A DNA stretch of 64,000 nucleotides from Camelus ferus (Eukaryota), in assembly GCF_009834535.1 (NCBI RefSeq), contig NC_045697.1, positions 97,714,001-97,778,000 of the forward strand, in the 5' to 3' direction. This document shows, in pieces, positions 1 to 13,538 of the stretch. The notes beneath the pieces were generated by a model. The model was not told where the DNA came from and ran no database searches. It saw only the letters and a program-made list of their open reading frames with translations. Numbering within the stretch: position 1 is the first letter of the stretch; every line of letters starts with the position of its first letter. The translations under genes and the position numbers were made by a program.

Positions 1-2191
1 TGTTAATAGGCAACTCTCTAGACTAAGTTACTCCCCTGTGTGTTTTCATCTTCCCCTAGATTGACTTCCCCATCTTCTGGATTAAGCTTTTCAATCAGAC
101 TCACGTAATTGACCTCTGCAGTTTACTATACCATCAGGTCTCTTGGATTTATATTGGTTAGGGCTGTCCATGGAGTCTAATTTTGATAGCTAGTTGCTTT
201 TCTAGAATTGATTCCTTATTCGCCAGTGAACAAAACTTATCCTGCTATTCAGTTCTTTTTCTCCCTACCCAAACTACAACATCTTTGAGTCTCGCATCTT
301 CAACTTCAACCGCCCAGGTGTATTCTTGCTTGATTCGTTGATTTGGCCTATCTTTAAGATGACGATACATTTTGAAAAATAGGGGTTCTTTACTATGTAT
401 TACACTGTTACTTCTCCTACGTAGGTAAATATATTCTACAACACACACTTATGTTTGCTGATATGAGACTATAAAATTTAGTAAGAAGACAAATGTGATA
501 ATGTTTTAAAACATAATAAATATGAGCTTTTGTTAACCTCACTATGCACAGACAGGATTTTTTTTTTCACTAGTATCACCTTCCTTGGAACTTTCCCATT
601 ATTTTAACCAAGAAAATATATCTAAATATATCTAAAAGAAAACATATTTTTTCAAAAGTTCTGTCTTCCCATTTAGAAGAGATAATCATAGATTCCAAAA
701 AGTAGTTGTAAAATCAGTCATATTTTCTAACTCTAAGAAAATCTTAAGTCTCATTCTTAGGTAGCACAGTGCTAATGACTGTAAAACTGAGACAGATGGG
801 CTCTTCATTACTCTACGTAAAGGACAGTCTCTTGGATATAAAGTCTACAGCAGATGCTTCAGGAGCTTTTTTTATGAGAAACAAAACAGTGGAGATGTTC
901 ATAAAAGGCTCATTATCTTGTTAAAGAGCAATTAAGCCATACCAAACATTTATTAAATAAAATATTAAAGAGTTAATTATATATCCTGGAAAAAGTGATT
1001 TTTTTTTTAATGTTTTAAGTCACTTTCACATGTCTTACCTACAGCTTAAAATATTCTATACACTTTAAGTAAGAAAAACCCAGATGGAATTTCATTTTGC
1101 CTTCCTGGAGAGTCTCATGATTGATGTGCTCTGTTACGATGCCAGAGTGCTACAGTATTTAAAGTTGTGCTCAGAAAGCTATATAAATTATATGCAAATT
1201 ATAAACAACCCTGTCTAAAACTTAGTATTGCCCAAGCTTGTCAAATCTTGTAGATAAAGTTGACTGCTGAGTGCATTTTTTGAGGCTTATGTCACATCTA
1301 CTGATTGTTCATTTTTTCCCTTACTATTTAAAAAGTGAGCCATTTAAGTGCCAGCTGCAAAACACCTATATTTCTGCCAACATACAACATGATAATTCCT
1401 CGTAAGCGAGTGATCGCTAACATCTGGGCTAAACTCAACCACACTGCTCGACATTCAGAGGAAGTCAAAAGAAAGGAGCCAGTTCCATTCTCAAATAATA
1501 GGTTGTAAATTAATCACACATTTACAAATCAGGCCAGTTGTAAAAATTTAAAGGCCAAGAATCAAACCTCATATGCAATCTTTTCTGGCAAGTATAAGCT
1601 TACAGAGCATATTTTCACTATGAGCAGCATATTCCAGGGTTGCACCTTTAAAGGCTCTTTTTCACTGCACTTTTTTGACAAGGAAAGTTATTAGTTTCCA
1701 TTCTCTCTTTTGGTCTTGTCAGCATGTTCTGTTTTAGATGTTTAAAAAATTTTCCCCAGGGTATCCTGATCTTCTAATAAACTTTCTTAAAACATGGGTT
1801 ATAACACCCGTGTCAATCAGAATCATCTGATAGCTTAATAATTTCTATGTCTCTTGAGGAATTGTTCTAGGCACCTTAAAATCTTCCAATTATTGCTGTA
1901 GCCTTCATTGTTATCCAGCAGTCAACATACAGGTGATGGTAAGGCTTAATTTGCTCAAATCATTTTTATACTTAAAGGGTCTTCTTTTCCATAGCTTTGT
2001 AAATTCTCAATTATTCATGGATTCTTTTCACATTCGAAGTGCCACACTCCCACATTACAGGGATAAAAGTCCAAGGGATGTGAGCTTTTTTTTTTATACC
2101 CAATAAGATTTTTAACTTGCTCAAAATCAGCTGGGCATAGAAAGCTTGTTAATAGATTTTGAGGAGAAAATGAGCTAAAGAAATGGCTTTC

Positions 2192-2206
2192 GGGGGGGGG
2201 GGGGGG
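2192..2206 (+). repeat. G15 homopolymer
   Basis: 15 consecutive G read directly. Confidence 0.95.
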
Positions 2207-3261
2207 AAGATAACTGCCACTATGCGTTTTCTAGAGATCATAGAAAATGGAGTTTAGGTAGCTGTGATTTCTTCTAAAGTTCGGGAATTCAGGACTTTCA
2301 ATTTAGCTAGGATTCAAATCAATGCACAATATTGACAGGGCTAATGTACAGAATGTGTCAGGCCATAGATTTTTGACTGCTTTGGTTAACCCTGAAAAAG
2401 TCTATAAGAAGCAACCTGTAAAGCTTGACATTGGTCCCAGAACAGCTACAATAGCTGAAAACATTGCTGTCCCTACCTGGGAATCCTACCTTAGAGCAAT
2501 TTAAATGTAGTAATAAAATTCTAGTAATAAAAGCATGTAAAAACATAAAAAGCTGCTTCACAGATTATAGTAATCACTTTATACCTGTGTGTGTCTGGTA
2601 TTTTGAAATAATCCCTGCACTAAAAATAACCACCATTATCTTCTGAAATTGTTCCATTCTAGTGCTAAAGCTTGTGGAAATTATGAAATTATTTCCTTCC
2701 TAGTTTATTAGGTGAGATACATGCACCTGAAAATGTAATACTGGTTAAATCAACAAAATTCAAACTCACAGGATCAATAAATCATACAGAAATTGACAGC
2801 ACCATCAAGTGTCTTATGAAATTCACAGTCTTGCAGAAAGTCTGATATTTGGAGAAAGTCCAAATTTAAGTAGAAAAATAAATGGGCTATCAAAGAGCAG
2901 TCTAATTGGGATAACAAAGGTATAAACCCAGGAAAATAATTCAGTGAATGTATAGGGTATGTGTGCTATGCACCAGTCTCTGTTATGCTATCGGTCTTCG
3001 TTTGTGTAGAGGAAATGTTTATGCTGTATAATGTAAAGATTCATTGAAATCAAAGCACATATATATATTTACTGAAATGGCTGTAGTACAGTTTACAGCA
3101 CTTGAATCTCAGAATACCAGTGTAGCGACGCAATGATCTTAGCAGAGTCATAATCCAGCATTCCCAAAGTCAAGCAATATCCCTATGTATATTTCTATCA
3201 CTAGTGATCTTGTGTGTTCATGCATGCGTGTGACTTTTTCCAGTACTAGAGAGCTGAGTTC

Positions 3262-3730
3262 CAGCGACAAAAAAATTAACTAGTTGATCTAAGAAATATA
3301 AAATTTTATTCAAGCTAAACTGAGGATTATAACCCGGGAACAGCCTCTCAGAAAGCTCCAAGAACTGTCCCACCCGTTAAAGTTCAAAGCATGTTTTATA
3401 GATTTTTGAGACAGAGGGCTGTGCATTAAATGATGTAGGTAGTTAGCAGAGTCCGGATCTGCATGTAAAAATCGAGTAGTGAGTCATGGGTCATCGTGGC
3501 CCCTTGTAAGATTAAGAAAGAAGATTATCTAAGGAGTTGTCTTGATGGTGCTGGGAGAATGTTGTTCTTTATGGCTGAGCAGGTATTGCTGCCAATGGGG
3601 AGGTTTGGTGGAGTCATAATGGAGACACACAATGCACAGTAGAGGGAGGGAGGAGGCCAAAGGGCAGAGAAAATTTTTTATGTTTAAATTTTCCTTGTCT
3701 TGCCTTAGAATATGAATGTTTGTTTCATCA
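3262..3730 (-). mobile_element. Solo ERV1-class LTR inserted into a MIR
   Basis: ~470 bp flanked by 4-bp direct repeat GTTC (3258-3261, 3731-3734). AATAAA on the minus strand near 3305. The interrupted MIR reads gagctgagttc|aaaatacagctct across it. Confidence 0.8.
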
Positions 3731-3920
3731 GTTCAAAATACAGCTCTAACTGACTAGGTAACCTGGGTTAATTTTCTTGTGCTTTTCATTTCATCAGTAA
3801 AACAGAGATAATAATGGTACCACACTTCTGTGATTGTTAGGGAGAATAAATGAGTTAATACATGTAAAACCCTTCTGGTAGTTGTGTACTCTCAGTAAAC
3901 GTTGGTTGCTATTTTTCTTA
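3731..3920 (+). mobile_element. MIR SINE (part downstream of the LTR)
   Basis: MIR core-like catcagtaaaacagagataataatggtacc...gattgttagggagaataaatgagttaatacatgtaaa. Confidence 0.8.
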
Positions 3921-4751
3921 TTCCTTTGTTGAAGCTCTTTCCTACGACATCCCCAACCATCTATGCTAAGAAATCTGGTACAGCAGTTTGGCTGGATAAG
4001 AACTAAGGTTTCTGATCCTGGATCTCTGTCCTCTTAGGGATGTTAGAAAAAATTACTAAGGATTATTTTACTAGCTGAAGGTTTTGAAGGTAGTGACTGA
4101 TCTTTAGGTATCTTTATGTCTGTATTACTTAGTGTGGTGCTGGATAATTTTGGCTTCCTAAATGTCTGATAAATGACAATCGTGCTATGAGCATTTATAT
4201 AATGGGAAAAAAATACTCTGGGGTAATGTACCAGGGAAGGCTCATGGAATTAATCTCAAAAGCTCTGCATCTAAATGCAAGACAGGGCAATCCAAAAGGA
4301 CAGCCAGATCCTACACACAGCAAGTGAAAAGCCAGGGTGGCCACAGTGGCAGGCTCACTGCCACAGCAGGCAGGGAAGACGTCTCTCTGCTGTAACTGTC
4401 CTTCCAGTCCTGTGATGGCAAGCAAGCACGGTGTTGTAGAACTGGCAGCTGGAGCACCTGGAATCATGTCAGTCTTGAAATAGAATTGGCAGAAAATAGG
4501 ACTTAGGAGACAAGCAGGAAGGCAGAGCAAAGGCCAAAAAGTCACTCTGTGGAAGGTGAACATATCCAAGCTACATTTCTCAGACCTAAAAGGAAAGAGG
4601 CAATGTGGTTTTGTCTTCCCCCAAATGACTGCTGGCTAGAAGCATTGTGTTTGGGGACTTCCAGGTTGTTTACTTGGCTTTGCACCTTACAGAGACTGGG
4701 GCTGTTTTATGTGAATGCATTGTGCGGGCCAATACTCTGGGAGAATAAAAC

Positions 4752-4872
4752 AGTAATTACTGAACATTTGATAAATTGCAGGCACTAAGTTGAGAGATTT
4801 CTCATTGCATCATTTAACTTAATCATCATCATAATTCTGTGAGTTAATGTCCTTTTAAAAATTTTACTGATA
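4752..4872 (-). mobile_element. MIR fragment
   Basis: tactgaacatttg...caggcact...catttaacttaatcatcat...ttttactgatag resembles the MIR antisense core. Confidence 0.55.
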
Positions 4873-5764
4873 GCATTATCATTACTTAATTTTTAACAAA
4901 TAAACACAGATCACATGATTTGCCAGACATCAAATTGTCACTGATAATTAAGATTCCCCATAAATATTTTTGGATAAGTGAGCAGTAAAACTGGTATTTT
5001 CTTCTTTCTTGTGGTTTACCCACAGAAAAAGCCATTGTGTTTTACTCCAATATAGATTTTTTTTGCCCAATATGATCAAACTGAATTTGAATTAAATCTG
5101 GCATCTGTTTCATGTGTATTTCCTGAAATTTTAGAAATTTTGAAGAGGTTAGTGGTTACATGCAGGAGAAAAAAGATTCTTTGGAAAGAAATCTATGGTA
5201 CACATAATGGTTTAGGATATAAGGATGTAGAATTAATAAAGTAATTTGAAGTTAAAATAGGTCGAATAGAGGCATTGTGTTCAGAAACGTAAGTTCAAAG
5301 CAGAGTCTGTAAATTTCCATTCCACAGGTAATGTTACAAATAAGGAACAAAGAATGTACATAGAGTTCCAGAAAGATTTGTTTAAACACAGTGAAGGCTA
5401 GTTCTGGCTCTTACACAGAACAGATGAACTTTTGAATCTTGTATATAATAATGGACTGTTGAGTGAGAAGGCGGGGTAAATGGTATATTGAGAGAGAAAT
5501 AGGGTCTCCCATTACAAAGGCTTAAACCATTGTCATTTCGGTATCAATAATGCCCAAATTTGTACAAGATTTATTTTTATACTTTATAAATGGAATATAT
5601 TTCTATATAAGGAAATGACACTTTTAAAACCATAGCTTCATCATTCCTGATTTGTATGTGCTAATTATCTCTTGGTTGAATATCTTAATTTTTCTTTATC
5701 AAGAAAGGTTATTTGGTAAATACATGTCTCTATTTGTTAAGTGTATATACTTAGGAAAGACTTT

Positions 5765-8580
5765 GTTTTTGTTTAAATTTTTAATTATTTTTAATTGAGA
5801 TAAAATTGACATATAACACTAACATTATATTAGTTTCAGGTGTACAATGATTCAGTATTTATATATATTGCAAAATAATCACCACAATCAATCTAGTTAC
5901 CATTCATCATGTTACAGTTACAAAATTTTTCTTGTGATGAGAACTTACAAGATTTACTCTTTTAGAACTTTCAAATATGCAATACAGTATTAACCAGAGT
6001 CACCATACTGTACATTACAGCCCACGACTGGAAGTTGGTGCGTTTTGATCTTCTTCACCCATTTCACTCACCCCACATTCCCACCTCTTGCAACCACCAA
6101 TCCGTTCTCTGTGTCTATAAGCTTGGTTTGTTTCTTGTTTTGTAGGGTTTTCTTTAATTGTATATGTAAGTGAGATCATGTGGTTTTTGTCTTCCTGACT
6201 TATTTCACTGAGCATAATGTCCTAGAATCCATCCATGTTGTTGCTGCAAATGGCAAGATTTTCCATTTAAGGCTGAATAATATTCCAGTGTATGTATGTT
6301 TATCTATCTATCCATCTAAACAAACTCATGCTTTCTTTATCCACTCATCCATCAGTGGGAACTTAGGACGCTTCCATATCTTGGCTATGATAAATGTGCT
6401 TCACGGAACTGGGAGTGCAGATATCTTTTTGATACTATCTTTATTTTCTTGGGATAAATACCCAGAAGTAAAATTGTTGAATTATATGGTAGTTCTGTTT
6501 ATATTCTGGAGGAATATCCATCCTGTTTGCCCTAGTGGCTGTACCAATTTACATTCTCACAAACAGTGCACAAAGGATTCTTTTTCCTCACATCCTTGCC
6601 AGTACCTGGTATTTCATACCTTTTTTATAATACCCATTCTAACAGATATAATAAGGTGATATTTCATCATTGCTTTGATTTTTATTTTCCTGATGATTAG
6701 TGATGTTGAACATCTTTTCAGGTACCGGTTGGACATCTATATTTTTACTCTGGAAAAATTGTCTGTTTAGATGCTCTGCCTATTTTTAAATAGATTTCTT
6801 GTTTGTTATTGAATTGTACAAATTCTTTACACATACTTTGCATATATATTTGCATAAGATAAATAATTTGAAGATTTTTTTTTTCCTCATTCAGTAGGCT
6901 GTCTTCATTGTGTTGGTTTCCTCTGCTGTGCAGAATCATTTTAGTTTGATGTGGTCGCACTTGTTTACTTCCACTTTTGGTATCAAATTGAAAAAATTAT
7001 CACCAAGACCAATGTAAAAAGCTTACTGCGTATGTTTTCTTCTGGAAGTTTAATGGTTTCAGGTCTTACATTCAAGTCGTTCATCATTTGGAGTTAATTT
7101 TTGTTTATGGTATAACACAGTGACCCAGTTTCATTCTTTTGCATGAGACTGTCCAGTTTTCCCAACAGCACTTACTGAAGAGACTGTCCTTTTCTCCACT
7201 GTACACTCTTGGCTCCTTGCAAGCACAAGTCTCACTGGAAACCAGACCTACGTCATTTAGAGGTGTTCCCTGGGTGGCAGCCACAAAAATTGGGTGTCAG
7301 AAGTGTGCACAAGCTGCTTTCTGTGAGATAATGGTGAGCTGTTGTAATGCAGAGAAAGAGCACAAAGATGGTACCGAATAGCTTTCGTCCCTGGATGGCA
7401 CCTAGTTGTGTGTCAAAGGAGAAGCCTGCCCTTCAGGCAGAAGCTCCAGGTCAAGCTAGTGGTCCTCTTTCATAGACTTTGGGTATGTTTCAGTCTGCTG
7501 CCTGTGCTGCCATGGGGGTGATAGCCAGCCAGGAACTGTCTTTCCCTTTGTTACAGTGACACAAGACTCATGAATTCGAGCCCCAATGGCCACCACAAAC
7601 GATCAAGAAGCAGCCCCTGGGCAGCACCTGCACAACCGGGGCATGTGTACAGGCTCCCTTCTGAGAGGTACTGGCTGGCTGGAGCATGGCAGAGGGAGAG
7701 GACAAAGATACTGCCCACCCTCTAGGGTCTCTGGAAAGGATTAAAGTTGGCTCTTAGATATAGTATTTAATTAGAACCCTGCCTCTCGACAGCAGCTGTG
7801 AGTATTAGCTAATAGGCATCTTTCATAGAAAGACTGGGCATTTCTGTTTGCTGCCTCTTGCTGTGCCCTGGTGATGATAGCTAAGAATTCTTTCTCAGTT
7901 TGTTATAGTCCTAGGGGACCCGAGAGCCTATGCCTCTCTGGCCACCAGAGCCGGGTGACATAGGGATGTCCCTTGGGTAGCAGCCACAAAAATGAGGGTG
8001 CCAGCAAGGGTACAAGCTCCTTCTGGAAGACACCAGTGAGCTGGAGGGAGTAGAGGGAGAGGATAAACTTGGCACCTGCCAAACTCCACCCCCGGAGAGT
8101 ATTTCAGCAGGCTCCTAAATGTGGGTTAAAGAAGATGCCTGCCTCCGTACTGGGCGGTAGGACAGCTGAGTCTGGAGTGCCAGGGCCCTGTAAGGACCAG
8201 TTTCTCAGCTCACTGTGGCCCTCTGGTTCTCATGGATGCAAGCCCTGTTAGCTTTCAAAACTAGATGGTTCGGGGTCTTGTCTCTCAGCTGGACGCTTAC
8301 AAGTTGGAATACTTGATCTGGAGTTCCAACCTTTTGCTTCTCAAGGAGAAGGTGGGGATTTGAGCTACTGTGCAGGGGGTGGGCTGGTGGCCAGTTTGCC
8401 TCTCCGCCACTCCCACCCGCTTCTTAGGCTTTCCTTCTCACTTACCTGGCGTGCAGGGGTTACTCGGCTAGTTGGTTTCTCTTTTTCCAGGCTATTGTTC
8501 CACATGTAGCCTAGATTTAGTGTGTCTGTGGACGGAGGTGAGTTCAGGATTTCTGCATCATCATATTAAACCAGAAGTCC
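5765..8580 (-). mobile_element. L1 (L1MA8/9-like 3' end) with 5'UTR fused to the last part of ORF2; ORF1 and most of ORF2 absent
   Basis: T-rich tail ~5765-5795. ORF2 C-terminus MLSEISQEDKNHMISL (6015-6215, minus). ORF2-like sequence to ~7216, then GC-richer 5'UTR ending at gacttctggtttaatatgatg (minus), resembling an L1 5' start GACTTCCGG..AAGATGGCG. Confidence 0.85.
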
Positions 8581-8699
8581 CATTCATATTTTAAATGAAT
8601 AAAAATATAAGTGTTATAAAAAAAATTTAGGATATGTCTGTGTGGAGTACTCCATATTGCTCAACTGTTGGCTAATATCATTTACTGAAGAGAACCCTG

Positions 8700-9330
8700 A
8701 AGCCAGTTATTTTATGCTTCATCTTTACAGGTAATTTAATTTTTCTGTCTGAATGCCATAGGTTTCTTTCCTGAGCCTTCAAGTTCAATAATGTTATCAA
8801 CGTATGCCAGGGTTCATCATTTTAAATCAACTTTTCCTGGGACAAATTTTGCATTTTTGGTCTAGAGAGCCAATTCTCCTATTATTTCAGGAAATGTTCT
8901 TTGTGAATTTTTAAAATAGTCTCTTTTTAGAATTCCACTCGTTTTCTGTTTTTTCCATGTCTATCATCCCATTAATCACATTCATTAAAATGTTTTAAAC
9001 TATTTTGTTTTTCCTACTTTGGTTGTGTTTGTCCTTATTCCTTTCTCTGTTTTCAGTAGTATTTCTTCTATTTCTTCCTGGTTCAAATGTAGTTTACATT
9101 AGTGTAGTGGTTTGATTGCTTCATTTCTACATTTTCTGTGGTTTGCTGGTTCCTATTTTATCTGCTACTGTGCCTTCTCTCTTTTTTAATCACTATTTTC
9201 AATCTCCTTTATCCTTTACATTTCATTTTATGTTAGAATTTTTTTCTAAAGGAGAGGTTTGTTTAAGGGTATGGAGATGTATTTGTGTGAAATGTTTCCT
9301 GTTGTCTGGGTAGAATTATTTTTTCTGAAG
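8700..9330 (-). mobile_element. Very old L1M/HAL1-like ORF1 remnant
   Basis: T-rich degenerate sequence with L1 ORF1-antisense-like motifs (tttctttcctgagccttcaagttcaataatgtt; tatttcaggaaatgttct). Assignment tentative. Confidence 0.4.
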
Positions 9331-9344
9331 TGTGTTATTTGAAT

Positions 9345-10255
9345 TTTTTAAACCTATTTTTATATATAGTGGCTAACATTTACAAATCTCAAGCTCCCAA
9401 ATTTATCCCTTCCCCTTCCCCCAAGTAACCGTAAGTTTACTGTGTCTATGAGTCTGTTTCTGTTTTGTAGGTGAGTTCATTAGTGTCTTTTTCTTTCTTT
9501 TTTTAGATTTCACATATGAGTGATATAGGTATTTTTCTCTTTCTGGCTTACTTCACTTAGATGACGCTCTGCAAATGGCATTATTTTTTATCATTGAGTA
9601 GTATTCCATTATACACACACACACACACACACACAAACACCCCCCACAACTTCTTTATCCAGTCATATGTCCATAGATATTTAGGTTACTTTCATTTCTT
9701 GGCTGTTGTATATAGTGCTGCTATGAACATTGGGGTGCATGTATCTTTTTGCAGTGAGTTCCCTCTGGACATATGCCCAGGAATGGGATTGCTGGATTGT
9801 AAGGTAAGTCTATTTTTACTTTTTTGAGAAATCTCTATACTGTTTTCCATAATGGCTACATCAAATTGCATTCCCACCAGCAGTGTAGGAGGGTTCCCTT
9901 TTCTACACAGCCTCTCCAGCATTTATCGTTCATGGACTTTTTAATGATGGCCATTCTGACTGGTGTGAGGTGATACCTCATTGTAGTTTTGATTTGCATT
10001 TCTCTGATCATTAGTGATACTGAGCATCTTTTCATCTACCTATCAGCCATTTATATGTCTTCACTGGAGAATTGCTTGCTTAGTTCTTCTGCCCATTTTT
10101 AGATTGTTTATTTCTATTAAGTTGTATGAGCTGTTTATATGTTCTGGAAATTAAGTTTTTGTCAGTTGTATCATTTGCAAATATTTTCTCCCATTCTGTA
10201 GGTTGTCTTTTTGTTTTGCTTTCCTTTGCTGTGCAAAAGCTTATAAGCTTAATTA
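9345..10255 (-). mobile_element. 5'-truncated cetartiodactyl/camelid-type L1 3' fragment
   Basis: ORF2 C-terminal motifs [13 protein letters not shown] and [14 protein letters not shown] on the minus strand. The 3'UTR matches the copy at 33.2-33.35 kb but stops early at an internal A-run. Confidence 0.9.
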
Positions 10256-12060
10256 TTATATTTATCACTCCTCCCTTTCCTACAGTATCAGTGCATATGT
10301 TCTGAGCTGGAACTTTTTGCCTCCACTTCGTCTTCGAACGAGGTAATTTTATGTGGTACAGCTGTTTGCTCGGCAATAGTTAAGGCAAACAGATGAATAT
10401 TGATTTGGGATCACAACTCCAGGAAGAAAATGCTGAGAATTCAGCTTTTGGCATTCTACCCTCAGGACACGCAGTCACCCAGATAGAAGATGTTTGTTAG
10501 TTCTTGGTGAAGCATGTAGTGCTTAGGTATTTTGTTTGATGGTTAGTTTTGATTTCTGCTTAGTCAGTTCAGTCCCCTGCTGTAACACTGGATGCTACTC
10601 ATAGTCTAGCCTCCATTATGATTCACCACCACCATTGCTGTTCTTGGTGTAGAAACAGTCTGGAAAAAATAGAGATGGCCCATCAATATCCTTCCTTCAT
10701 CCATCATATTTATAAATAGGCTACTACTTTACCAAGAATCTTTTTCTTTTTTTCCTCATTTTGACCACTAAATGTGTCTCTTATGAATTTCACTTTATAA
10801 ATTGAATCTTAACTCACTTGGTTGTATACAGACACAGCCTAATTAGTATTCCTGTGAAACCAGAAGTGAATTTCTTGCTCTGCACTGATGCTTCATGCGA
10901 AAGTATCAACTGCCTGTCCATTGGGGTAAGGCCTGTCACTTTCACTGCTTTTTTCACAGTAGTTTTAAATGCAGTTGTGATTCAAATGCCATAATGCAAA
11001 ATTATGAAAAGTATTTAAAATAGAACTCTAAATTGTTTAAGGCAAGAAAATATTTCTGGACCTATTAATAGCATTATTCACACCCTGAGTTATGGTACAA
11101 TTAAGTGAACTAGCAACTGTTGGAGATTGCATGAGTCTTTCATAAGGAGAGCATATTAAAGTTAAAATATATCACTTCTAAATATCATTTTCACAGACAA
11201 TGTCAAATTTTATTCTTTTCTGAAAGATTTTCTTGCATCTTTTGAGTGAGGCAAAAGGTACAAAAATGTCTTTGTCTTTTAAGTATCATACTTCCAATCA
11301 ATGCTTAACTTTTCAGCTCTTCTGAAGTAGTGTTTGTTTTGTTTCCTTGGCATATCAGATCATTTTCGTCGATTTCTGCATGAGCACATCTGCCTTTCAA
11401 TTGTAAGCCCTCAGTAATAAATCTTTAAAATGTGACTCTGCTCTCCCTCAGTGTATCATGATACTGATTTTTTTCTTGCTACCTTAAGAAATTTCCTATT
11501 GCCAATATAACTTTGAAGTCACCATTAATATAATGGTGTTGTCTATATTTTCAGTTGTTTCCTATTTTCATTTAGTTGTATGATTTAAACTTGTGCTTAT
11601 ACACAAATGCTATGATGTGAAAAAGAATGTTTACATGTTAAAACTATCTGCTCTGTCTCAAAAGTAGTTGGACAGAATAAGAATCTTGAGTTAAGAAACT
11701 GTAAATATTAGAAACTGCTGAAGGTAAGGAGCAACAACATAGAAATGTTATTTGAAAATGATGCCTATGCACTTGGACGGCACACATTGTTTTCTGTGGT
11801 ATAAACTTTGGGTTCTCAGACCTACAACTAAAAAAAAAAAATTAATTTACATACACTCACAGGTCATTGGTTATCTCTAGGGGAATAATTCGTGTTTGTC
11901 ATACGTGAATGCTGCTGCTGTCTTCACCTGCCCCAACCAGATCAGTGTCACATGGAGTGAGCTCTTCTAGTTTAATTCTCAGGGCATCTCTCTGCCTCTC
12001 AGTCTCATGGCAAATAGATGACTTGCCGGTTTGACGGCCTGGGCATGCTTGCTACCATCC

Positions 12061-12400
12061 TTTTTAATTTTTTTTTAATTGAAATAAATAGTGACTTACA
12101 ATGTTTCAGGTGTATAGCAAAGTGATTCAGTTATATAGATGTGTATATGTATATGCATATATATCCTTTTTTCAGATTCTTTTCCACTATAGGTTATTAC
12201 AAGATATTGACTGTAGTTACCCGGGATATATGGTAGGTCTTTGTTGTTTATCTTATTTTATATATAGTAGTTTGTATCTGCTCATCCTAAACTTCTAATT
12301 TATCCCTCCCCATTTTGTAACCATAAGTTTGTTTTCTGTTTGTGAGTCTGTCTATTTTGTAAATAAGTTCACTTGTATCATGTTTTAGATTACACATAAG
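12061..12400 (-). mobile_element. Short L1 3'-end fragment (cetartiodactyl type)
   Basis: Poly-T head followed by gtgacttacaatgtttcaggtgtatagcaaagtgattcag...ataggttattacaagatattga...taaccataagtttgttttct. Confidence 0.85.
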
Positions 12401-12418
12401 AAATGTGTCTTTCTGATC

Positions 12419-12740
12419 TTTTTTTTTTTTTAAAGTAAAGGTAGATTTACTTAGATACATAATCCATAGACAGATTGTGGGCCATTTTACTCTGAAGGGA
12501 GAGCGTCCATGAGATGCAATGTTGCTAATTTTTATGTGCTTGGTTATTTTATATGTTAACAAGTGGGAGGATTATTCCAACTACTTTGTAGAAGGGGCTG
12601 GGATTCCCAGGAATAGGGCCACTGCCCACTGTTTGACCTTTTATGATCAGCCTTGTGAGTGCCATTTACCGTGTTAATATATTACAATGAGTGTATAATG
12701 AAGCTCAAGGCCTACTGGGAGTTGAATCTGCTGCCACCAT
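12419..12740 (-). mobile_element. Partial ERV1-type LTR ending in a poly(A) tract
   Basis: LTR-like motifs aaggtagattta, gtgggaggattattccaacta, gggccactgcccac, tacaatgagtgtataatgaagctcaagg. On the minus strand agtaaatctacctttacttt is followed directly by A13. Confidence 0.7.
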
Positions 12741-13538
12741 GTGTCCAATGCTATGCTTTGCTTCTTTGTGTCATAAACCATATAGGGGAAACTCTGTAGG
12801 AGGTGGTGTGCATCCTTCCAGCATTGCCTTGATTGGAAGGGTAAACCTGTGTAATTCTGCAGACATATGTCCCAGTTTCCAGTATTAACTTTATTAATGT
12901 AAACAAGTCATATATGATCTCTCATCTACCTAACTCTATTGGTCTTCTTTTTCAATTGATTTCGAAATTGGATAGGGAAATTAGTACTATGAAACTCTAA
13001 AACCTATGCTAATTTACCTCATAAGAGATTGATGTACTTAACCAAAATGCTAATGAATTGTTTTACACAGAGAAATAAAACAGCCAGGCAAAACAGAATA
13101 CTTACTAGCTAGCAGTATCTTCTTTTCCTACAAGAAAAATTTATGTGGGAGATCATAGGATTATTAGATGATTTTATGTTAAATATGCAATTATACAATC
13201 ACAGTAAGTCTTACTGGATAATCTCAATGGCTACCATCACCAACATACACATTTGACGTATCCATTCTATACAGAATAGGCCTGTCAGGATTAGATGCTT
13301 AATGCTACTGGTCTGTATACGTTCTTTTCTAGAACTGCTGGAGATACTAGATTTTTCCTCTCTGGCACCCTTTATCTAGCCTCTAGGTAAGTATTCAAAT
13401 CATTTCTTTCAGGTAAAGGAATCATTCTTCAGACAGGTATGATATATTTGAACATGCTACATTAACTGGACATTCTATTAGTTATCTTCTTTATATACTA
13501 GACAACATGAAGAGAGGTTATATACTTTTCAATGTCTT

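Noticed and set aside
245..448. 67-aa minus-strand ORF, and similar short ORFs at 2322-2646, 4195-4569, 37270-37622 and 61070-61458
   Set aside because: No recognisable homology or consistent splice signals; lengths are as expected by chance.
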